A stretch of DNA of 64,000 bases. It comes from Polyangiales bacterium. Its GTDB lineage: Bacteria; Myxococcota_A; Polyangia; Polyangiales; Polyangiaceae. Numbering within the stretch: the stretch's first letter is position 1; the number at the start of each line of letters is the position of its first letter. The stretch spans positions 96,001 to 160,000 of the forward strand of contig JBBRLQ010000013.1 in NCBI GenBank assembly GCA_038231275.1. Direction: 5' to 3'. Under the pieces are notes generated by a model, which did not search any database, had not been told where the DNA came from, and saw only the letters and a program-made list of their open reading frames with translations. Positions 57,523-64,000 of the stretch are shown here, piece by piece. Position numbers and translations under genes: made by a program.

Positions 57523-57546
57523 GCGTCCCCAGAGGGATTCGAACCC
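57523..57546 (-). other. tRNA 3'-end fragment (tRNA-Glu-like), putative att site
   Basis: GGGTTCGAATCCCTCTGGGGACGC = T-loop GGTTCGAATCC plus acceptor GGGGACG; no 5' half; lies next to the integrase remnant. Confidence 0.75.
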
Positions 57547-57701
57547 AGAATCGGGTATCGGCTACAACCATGCCAATCTACTCAGTAATGCGCGGACGGC
57601 CTTGATTCTCCGAGCGGCGTAGAAAGTCCTGAGTAGGCCGGATTCGTCCCGAGGAGTCCCAAATGGGCAGGAGCCGTGGCACTGGGCTGGCACTGGCCAG
57701 A

Positions 57702-58538
57702 CTACTTGGGCAGGTAACCCTTCTGGGTCGCGAAGCCGATCCCTCGCCACTTCTTCCGCTCGTCACCGAGTAGCCGAAACTTGGCCTCGGCGATGGCGTC
57801 AAAGACGCCGAAGTAACGCAAGACGAGTTCCGACGCGAGCACGCCGAAGCCGGCCACATCCCGGAACGCCATCGCGGCGAGCGTCGGAAAGTGCTCGGGC
57901 GAGATGTTCCGCACAATCGCAATCGAAGAACCGTGGGTGCCCCAACAAAGCTGGGCGAAGCGGTCGTCGTAGAAGTCACGGAAACCAAACGGCCCGAAGC
58001 CATCGGCCGCCATCGCATCAGCCTCGAGAGGCCGAGCCGTCCAGCGATCGGGATGGCTGGTTGGACTCCGCCCGGGCCAAACCCGCGCTCGTTCTTCCTG
58101 TATTCGTGTGCTCTCGCGGTCGATGAATGCGACGCGCTCGTGTAGGTGCTCGGGGAGCTGCCGGTTCTCGTAGCATCGCCGTGTCCGCTCCGCCGCCTTG
58201 AGCTTCGCGGAGCGTTCCCACGCCACCATCTTCGCGACGGGAAGATTCGCGCGGTCGTAGTGGAGCAGCGCCAAGTCCACCGTGATCTCGAAGACGGCCC
58301 GGGTGCCAGCGATGACGGCTTGGAAGTCGGAAGGCTGATTCAATTTCTCGAACGTCCCGAGCCACGCGTGGGCGCGCAGAAACGCGCCGTGAACCGTTCC
58401 GTGCTCCTGCCCTTGATCCGCAAAACGCTGGACTAGCGGGCGAACCTTCTCGCGCATGAACTCGTTGACCGTCTTGCAGTCCTCGAAGAAAGCGGTGCCG
58501 AGCGCAAAGGCATCGCCGGTATTCGTTTCGTTCGTCAC
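57702..58538 (-). CDS. DUF5677-like (HEPN-related) cargo protein
   Basis: Helical protein with TRAVFEI..DL..L and FYD.....LC..THG motifs; TATACT -10 box 6 nt before the GTG. Confidence 0.6.
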   Translation of the reverse strand: MTNETNTGDAFALGTAFFEDCKTVNEFMREKVRPLVQRFADQGQEHGTVHGAFLRAHAWLGTFEKLNQPSDFQAVIAGTRAVFEITVDLALLHYDRANLPVAKMVAWERSAKLKAAERTRRCYENRQLPEHLHERVAFIDRESTRIQEERARVWPGRSPTSHPDRWTARPLEADAMAADGFGPFGFRDFYDDRFAQLCWGTHGSSIAIVRNISPEHFPTLAAMAFRDVAGFGVLASELVLRYFGVFDAIAEAKFRLLGDERKKWRGIGFATQKGYLPK

Positions 58539-58782
58539 AAGCGCAGTATACCTCTCGCCCGGGAACGCGCCCTCGCATCCGCGCGCAACGATTGGCCTCC
58601 GCGGGCTCGATTCGTCCCGAGGCGTCAGAGTACGTCCACGCGCGCCGCCCCTTGCGTTGCTTACGCGAAGTGCCGGACGCATGGTTGTATCCAGTCGCGC
58701 GGCAAACCCGGGTTGCCGGCGTCCTTCGACGATCCGATTCTAGTTACTTCTCGTTTCCAAATTCGTCGGTCATAGGAACAGC

Positions 58783-59019
58783 ATGAGCGCTACCAACCTT
58801 GTCGATATTCGGACGATTCGCCTCCTCGCCGTCGAAGCCGGCGGCCTCGACCCCCGGACCGTGGCGGCCGTCCTTGCGGGACGCGGTAGCCACCTCGCGC
58901 GCCGCGCAGTGGCGGAGGCCATCAAGCGTCTCGGCATGAGCGTCGCGATCCCCGAGCTGGTCTCCGCCGTGCGCGCCGACGCGCCGGGCGCCATCGCCTC
59001 GCGGGGTCGGGCCACGTGA
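58783..59019 (+). CDS. Small HTH DNA-binding protein
   Basis: IR.LAVEAG..DPRTV..VL.G (Cro/LacI-like HTH); AGGA RBS. Confidence 0.65.
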   Translation: MSATNLVDIRTIRLLAVEAGGLDPRTVAAVLAGRGSHLARRAVAEAIKRLGMSVAIPELVSAVRADAPGAIASRGRAT

Positions 59020-59384
59020 GCTTCGACCGGAACCAGCGCACTCGCGAGCGCATCCTCCTCGAGGCCGCGACCGAGGACTACGAGCGCTCGCAGTGGGCCG
59101 CGCTCGATGCGATGGCGAACGTCACGAGGGAGGCGACCCCGCGCCCGTCGCGTCCGAAAGCCTCCCACGCGCGGATCGACTTTGGCGGCCCGTTGCCGCC
59201 GATCCGCCGCGTGTGCCCATGGCGGCCCATGGGCGGCCTCCGACGACGCGCCACGGGTGGGCGCCAGCCACGACGGGCGACGTCCACGATCACGACGACG
59301 GCGCCGACCTCCGACGGCCCACCAAGAAGCCCAGCTCCAAGAACGCGGCCCCTCGCCCATGATGCCGCCGAAGGTCCGCAGTGA
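59016..59384 (+). CDS. Hypothetical protein
   Basis: GTGA overlaps with both neighbours. Confidence 0.5.
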   Translation: MSFDRNQRTRERILLEAATEDYERSQWAALDAMANVTREATPRPSRPKASHARIDFGGPLPPIRRVCPWRPMGGLRRRATGGRQPRRATSTITTTAPTSDGPPRSPAPRTRPLAHDAAEGPQ

Positions 59385-59734
59385 GCGCCTCGGACGACGG
59401 TGGCATCCCGGATCCGCCCGCCGATCACATCGAGCCGGCCGGGGAGAACAATCCCAAAGGTGAGGACCTTCGCGCAAAGGCGGCCGACTTCATCCGCAAT
59501 CGGCCGGACGTCTATGCGCTCTTCGAAAGGTTCGCACTGGAGAAGGCGAAGGAACGTCGCCGCTTCGGCGCAAAGCAGCTAGCCGAACGCGTGCGATGGG
59601 AATGCAAGGTCGAGAGTGACGGCGCGGAGGCGTTCAAGATTTGCAACGATCTGATCGCTTACATCGCGCGCCAGTTGGTCGCCGATCATCCGGAGCTCCT
59701 GCCCTTGGTCCGATTCCGAAAGACGCGGTGGTAG
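59381..59734 (+). CDS. Phage-type hypothetical protein
   Basis: P.VY..F...A, AK..AERVRWE, FKI.N...AY.AR pattern seen in small phage proteins. Confidence 0.7.
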   Translation: MSASDDGGIPDPPADHIEPAGENNPKGEDLRAKAADFIRNRPDVYALFERFALEKAKERRRFGAKQLAERVRWECKVESDGAEAFKICNDLIAYIARQLVADHPELLPLVRFRKTRW

Positions 59735-59736
59735 CG

Positions 59737-60753
59737 ATGCCCGCTCCGTCCTTGCGTCCCGTGAAGCTCCTTAGCGCCGATGATCTCTTCGCCGCCGAGA
59801 AGGCCGTGGAGACGGCGATTCCCGCCCTCGGGATCGGAAGCGGCGCCATCAATCTGTTCGTTGGCGAAAGCTTCGTCGCGAAGAGTTGGGCGCTCCTAGC
59901 CGCCGGCCTGGCCGTCGCCACGGGGCGCCCTCTCTGGGGCGCTTGGAAGACCGTTCCGGGACCGTGGCTCCACCTCGACCTGGAGCAGGGCGCGCGCGTC
60001 ACGAAGTCACGCCTTCGCCGCTTGGCGCGCGGGATGGCCATCTCGGATGAGGAGCTACGCGCCCTCGTTGATCAAGAGGCTGTTCGCGTGGCTGTCTTCC
60101 CGGATCTGCGACTCGACTCGCAAGGGGCGGCCGCCGCGTTTCGACACCTATTCGAGGGCGTGCGCCTCGTGACGGTCGATTCGCTTAGAACGATCGCGGG
60201 CTCGATTGACGAGAACGATTCGCGGATCCGATCGGCCCTCAACGTCCTTAGCTCGGCCGCCGATAAGACGGACGCCTCGGTTTGGGTGATCCACCACGGC
60301 GGGAAACCTCAGGGCGGCGACGGCCCTCCCCGAGCGCGGAAGCACCTCGCCCGCGGAAGCAGCGCGATCGGCGACGAAGCGCAATCGATCTTTACGGCGT
60401 CCTCACTTGGGTTCGGCCGATCACGGGTCCACCACGTCAAGACGAGGAGCCTTACCGCCCTCGTGCCGGACTTCGAGTTGACCGTTTCGGATGTTCCTCG
60501 CGGGGACGATCCCACGTGGGGCGCGCGCGTCTTGCGAGGCGACTCCTCGCCCACGCCGCCCGCCGTCCTTTCTCCGGAAGCGCGCTTGCTTGCTGTCTTG
60601 GAGGGCGGCCCTTTCGCCGGCACGCGTGACGCCTTCCGTGCGGCCGCCGGGATTGGGGCGGCGCCGTTCCGCAGCGCCCTCGCGAAGCTACTCGCGACGG
60701 GCGCGGTGACGGAGGCCGATGGCCACTTCTTCGCGAAGGAGTGCCGGCCGTGA
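59737..60753 (+). CDS. AAA_25/RepA-like helicase with C-terminal HTH
   Basis: Walker A variant GESFVAKS, HLDLEQG, Walker B LVTVDS, DEND, IHH..K, RGSSAI. Confidence 0.82.
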   Translation: MPAPSLRPVKLLSADDLFAAEKAVETAIPALGIGSGAINLFVGESFVAKSWALLAAGLAVATGRPLWGAWKTVPGPWLHLDLEQGARVTKSRLRRLARGMAISDEELRALVDQEAVRVAVFPDLRLDSQGAAAAFRHLFEGVRLVTVDSLRTIAGSIDENDSRIRSALNVLSSAADKTDASVWVIHHGGKPQGGDGPPRARKHLARGSSAIGDEAQSIFTASSLGFGRSRVHHVKTRSLTALVPDFELTVSDVPRGDDPTWGARVLRGDSSPTPPAVLSPEARLLAVLEGGPFAGTRDAFRAAAGIGAAPFRSALAKLLATGAVTEADGHFFAKECRP

Positions 60754-60769
60754 GGAGGCTCGGTTGGAC

Positions 60770-60877
60770 GCCGACCGACCGACTCGCTCCTAGAGAAATA
60801 GGAGTCAGTCGGTCTTACAGAGGAGAGGAGACGGACCGACTCACACACCCCCTAGGGAGAGTCGGGTCGGTCGGGCG
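60770..60877. repeat. Putative replication origin: GACCGACTC-type direct/inverted repeats forming two hairpins
   Basis: CCGACCGACCGACTC, GAGTCAGTCGGTC, GACCGACTC and GAGTCGGGTCGGTCGG flank CTCCTA..TAGGAG and CCCTAGGG, directly after the helicase gene. Confidence 0.65.
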
Positions 60878-61047
60878 AAGGCGCGAACCACGTATGGCCA
60901 CCAAGTGACCATATACGTATGCCATTAGGACTACGGGGGATTTTGCCTCCAAGGGGAGCTGTCTTTCTAGTGTCCGTAACTCCCTGAAACTGCTCTGGGG
61001 TCCCGGGATGTAGTCCCGCAATGCCACGAAGATGTGAGGGATCGAAT

Positions 61048-61551
61048 ATGGGATCGAAGTCAACGCTTTCGGAGTCGAAGCGCGAGAAGATTTGGAAGCT
61101 CCACACGGTGGAGCGCTGGGGTTACGACCGCATCGCGGCGCGCCTCAATGTTCCGCGCGGCCAAGTGGAGCGCTACGTAAAGTCGCGCGCGAGGACGGAG
61201 GCCAAGGCGCCTCACCTCGCGGCCGGCGAGGTCCCCGAGCTTCCCGCGGACGCAACTTCCGTTGACCGGGCACGTGCGCAGGTGCGCCGCCTCGAGATCA
61301 TGATCAAAACGGGCGCCGCGGACCCCGCGAAGACGTCGAAGGACGTTTCGATGCTGGAGAACGCGTTGGGTGCGGCGTCCACGCGCCTCAGCCGGCTCCT
61401 CGGGGAGTTCGAGGTCACCAGCTCGCAGATCGTCCGGTCAACGCACTTTCAGAGCCTCCTAGGCGCCTTCCAGCGCGCCATCGGGGACGACCACGGGGTG
61501 TGGCAGCGATTCGAGGCCGAGTGCGCGCGACTGATGGGAGAGCGGAAATGA
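61048..61551 (+). CDS. HTH protein, terminase-small-subunit-like
   Basis: N-terminal HTH (GYDRIAARLNVPRGQVERYV) followed by a helical domain. Confidence 0.55.
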   Translation: MGSKSTLSESKREKIWKLHTVERWGYDRIAARLNVPRGQVERYVKSRARTEAKAPHLAAGEVPELPADATSVDRARAQVRRLEIMIKTGAADPAKTSKDVSMLENALGAASTRLSRLLGEFEVTSSQIVRSTHFQSLLGAFQRAIGDDHGVWQRFEAECARLMGERK

Positions 61552-61904
61552 CAGCGAAGAAACAGAGGCGGCCGGCGAGGGCGAAGGCGAAAGCGAGGAA
61601 GCCGGCCACGATCATCGGCGAGGTCCTGCGTTGGGTACGCCGTGAGATTGCGCGCATCGATGAAGAGGCGGCCGCGAAACGTCGCCGGCTCACGCGCACC
61701 GTCGCCACGTCCACGGATTTCGCCGAACGTAGGGCGGCTCTTGCCGAGCTGCGAAAGGACTTTGGCGATCCGCCGCCCGACGACGCCCCGGCCGCCTCCG
61801 CGCCGCGTCCTCTGGTAACGGCGGCGGAGATTGAAGCCGCGCGCGTCGAACACATCGCCCTCGTGGCTTGGGCAAACGCGCATCGGATGCCTGGAATTCA
61901 CTAA
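61548..61904 (+). CDS. Hypothetical basic protein
   Basis: ATGA overlap with the upstream gene. Confidence 0.55.
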   Translation: MTAKKQRRPARAKAKARKPATIIGEVLRWVRREIARIDEEAAAKRRRLTRTVATSTDFAERRAALAELRKDFGDPPPDDAPAASAPRPLVTAAEIEAARVEHIALVAWANAHRMPGIH

Positions 61905-61969
61905 ACGGAAATACTTGTTTCAAACCGCAACGGAACGAAGTCACGAAGTCACGAAAGGACGAATCGATT

Positions 61970-62392
61970 ATGAAGGCGAACATGATGCAGGCGACGAGTT
62001 ACGATGACCTGGTTCAAAGGTGGACGGCGCGTTGCGAAGAACTGTTGAAGTCCTCTGATCCGGAGGATGTCGAGTTGGCGAAGAAGGAGCTCGCTCGCCT
62101 CCGAGAAGAGCCTTCCGAGGACGAGGCGAAGGAGGCGGCCAAAGCCCGCGCGCGCGCCTCGAGGCCGGTCCTCGCGTCGAGCCACGTTTCGGCGGCCGAA
62201 AGCGCCGATTCGATTCTTGCCCGGCGGCGGATCGAGGAAGAGCAGAACTTCATTTCCGCGAAGATGATGGGTCCGCGAGAAGCCGGGATTCGAAGCGAGG
62301 ACGGCGGCCGCGCGCTCACGTTCGGCCCCATGTCGAAATCGGAAGCCGCGCGGCGGCTTCAGGAGCTTGCGCGTCAGGGGAAAGTCCGATGA
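61970..62392 (+). CDS. Hypothetical helical protein
   Basis: GAAAGGA RBS after an AT-rich gap. Confidence 0.6.
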   Translation: MKANMMQATSYDDLVQRWTARCEELLKSSDPEDVELAKKELARLREEPSEDEAKEAAKARARASRPVLASSHVSAAESADSILARRRIEEEQNFISAKMMGPREAGIRSEDGGRALTFGPMSKSEAARRLQELARQGKVR

Positions 62393-62583
62393 GCAACGAG
62401 GCCGCTGGAAACAATCCCTTCTACGCTCCAAACTGGTCGCCTTCGATCGAACAGAGGCCGACGCATCACCCGGCGCCAAATGCGACGCCGCCGCCTCCCA
62501 CGATCCCGCCGGTCGTTGGCAGTCCCACGCCGATCCCGCCGAGCGAGACTTTGCCTCCACGCCACGAGGAGGCCGGCGAATGA
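62389..62583 (+). CDS. Small Pro-rich hypothetical protein
   Basis: ATGA overlaps on both sides. Confidence 0.55.
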   Translation: MSNEAAGNNPFYAPNWSPSIEQRPTHHPAPNATPPPPTIPPVVGSPTPIPPSETLPPRHEEAGE

Positions 62584-63308
62584 CTGCCCCGTCTCTTAGC
62601 GCGTCGTCGCACGTCGAGCGCGTGGCGGCCCTCGAGGCGACGCACTCCCATCTTGACGGCGAGCACGCGCAGGCCGTCCGCAAACTGGACGAAGAGCGCC
62701 TCCGTCTGTCGCGCGAACATGCCGCCGCGAAGGCGGCCGCCTCCGAGGCCGCACGCGCGAAGCACGACGAGCTCGACGCAAAGATCGGAGCGGAGGCGAG
62801 GGCCGTGCTCTTCCCGCTCCTCGCCGACTTTGCGAAGGGCGATTCGTCACGGCGTCCAATCGCCGGGAAGATTCGGGACGCCTGGATCGCGCTCGACACG
62901 AAGGCGCGCGATTGCCTGGGAAACAATCTTGATCGCCGGCTGCTGGCGCTCGGAATTGCGGCCGCCCATGGCCTCGAATCGGTGGCCGCGTCGTGTGAGT
63001 TCTTGCGATACGGCGGGGCGAGTCAGGCAATGGCATCGGTCGATACCGTCGTGAGCCGCATCGAAGCAGCCATCGCGCTTCCCGCCGTTGAGGATGCCCT
63101 CCACGCGGCGGAGGTCGCAATCGCTACCAGCGTGTCGGGTCGAGGGTTTCACGCGGCCCCGTGGAGGGCGGCCGCGTTCAGGTTCGCGATGCGCGCCTCC
63201 AATGATCGCGCCGCGGACGAGGCCGATCGCAACGTGCCGCAAGTCTCAAAGGCGGTGGTCACGTTCGGCCACTTGCAGGGCGGCCGCGGTCCTCGGGTGA
63301 CGACGTGA
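62580..63308 (+). CDS. Hypothetical coiled-coil protein
   Basis: GAGGAGG RBS, ATGA overlap, Ala/Glu-rich helices. Confidence 0.6.
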   Translation: MTAPSLSASSHVERVAALEATHSHLDGEHAQAVRKLDEERLRLSREHAAAKAAASEAARAKHDELDAKIGAEARAVLFPLLADFAKGDSSRRPIAGKIRDAWIALDTKARDCLGNNLDRRLLALGIAAAHGLESVAASCEFLRYGGASQAMASVDTVVSRIEAAIALPAVEDALHAAEVAIATSVSGRGFHAAPWRAAAFRFAMRASNDRAADEADRNVPQVSKAVVTFGHLQGGRGPRVTT

Positions 63309-63475
63309 CCGGCGGCGGACCGATCGTGTCGATGTGGTCCCTCGTGGACCGCGACGGACTCATCATCGCGTCCTCACTCGATCGTGCGGAGCTCCTCGCC
63401 GCGAGACGTGAGGGAGAGGCGATCGTATACACGCGTAGGCCGAGGCGACGGCCGCACCCCGAACAGGCGCGTTGA
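63305..63475 (+). CDS. Small hypothetical protein (56 aa, below ORF-track cutoff)
   Basis: GTGA overlap; translates as MTGGGPIVSMWSLVDRDGLIIASSLDRAELL... Confidence 0.45.
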   Translation: MTGGGPIVSMWSLVDRDGLIIASSLDRAELLAARREGEAIVYTRRPRRRPHPEQAR

Positions 63476-63796
63476 CGTGGCGCGCAACACCCCGCCTCGT
63501 GACGGCAATTCGCGAGCGCGTCGAATCAAGAGATGGCGGTTGCTTCGTGAGCTACGCCGGCTTCGGCGCGAGGTGAGCCGTCTCGCAACGCTCGTCTTAG
63601 ATGCCTAACTTTCGCGGCGTCGCCTCTCCCATGGCGTGGCGCCGCACGCGGTTTCGATTCGTTGGGGTTCGTAGCCGCGTCCCCGTCGCCCTCCCGCGTC
63701 CCCGGTTTCCGATCCTTTCCGGGGCGCGGGCTGGGCGGCACCTATCGCGCTTCGTTCTGTCCTCAACTCACGTAGGAGTCTGTCTATGGGCATCTT

Positions 63797-64000
63797 TCAC
63801 GTTCCTGGCCTCTCTGACGCGGTAGGTCCGAATCCGCTCGTAACGTCCTTCCCCGCCGTCAATACGTTTACGATCGCCTCTTTCACGATGCCCGGGAAGT
63901 GGACTTTACTGGACGCTCCCAAGACGTTCGGCTGGCAGATCATGAAGGGTATTGCGCTTGACGGCGCGACGGCCTCTCCTACAGGGGAAGGGCTTATCAC
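63797..64000 (-). CDS. 3' end of a convergent hypothetical gene (partial)
   Basis: Open frame to the window edge; AT-richer sequence. Confidence 0.45.
   Translation of the reverse strand: MISPSPVGEAVAPSSAIPFMICQPNVLGASSKVHFPGIVKEAIVNVLTAGKDVTSGFGPTASERPGT

Larger units (their letters stand above)
57547..64000. mobile_element. Phage-satellite/prophage-like integrative element (continues past window)
   Basis: att-like site, translationally coupled small ORFs, AAA helicase, repeat-rich ori, HTH genes. Confidence 0.7.

Noticed and set aside
57523..57546. Intact tRNA gene
   Set aside because: Only the T-loop and 3' acceptor strand are present; no D or anticodon arm.

Overview
High-GC bacterial DNA whose gene content (Cys-rich lipoproteins, a MYXO-CTERM-type protein, Ser/Thr kinase plus FHA-sigma54 activator) points to a myxobacterium, probably Polyangiales-like (inference). 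About 1-46 kb looks like core chromosome. It holds surface lipoproteins, GT-C and acyltransferase membrane genes, glpD, a frameshifted aldo-keto reductase and a 16-repeat Cys-rich lipoprotein. It also holds a cyanophycin locus (iadA-cphB ... cphA plus a CphA-like paralogue lacking the ATP-grasp domain) split by a RelE/ParE TA pair and cysK, an archaeal-type trmY, and a possible choline/betaine catabolic set with a BetI-like operator. About 46-57.5 kb is an accessory island bounded by an IS66 relic on the left and by a tyrosine-integrase remnant plus a tRNA-Glu-like 3' fragment on the right. It carries an FHA-EBP/kinase cassette flanked by two paralogous lipoprotein serine hydrolases, each behind a sigma54-type promoter. 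About 57.5-64 kb is a compact phage-satellite-like element (HEPN/DUF5677-like cargo, HTH, AAA helicase, iteron/hairpin ori, terS-like HTH) that runs off the window. No rRNA, intact tRNA or CRISPR array was seen. All family calls come from motif recognition by eye, not database searches.
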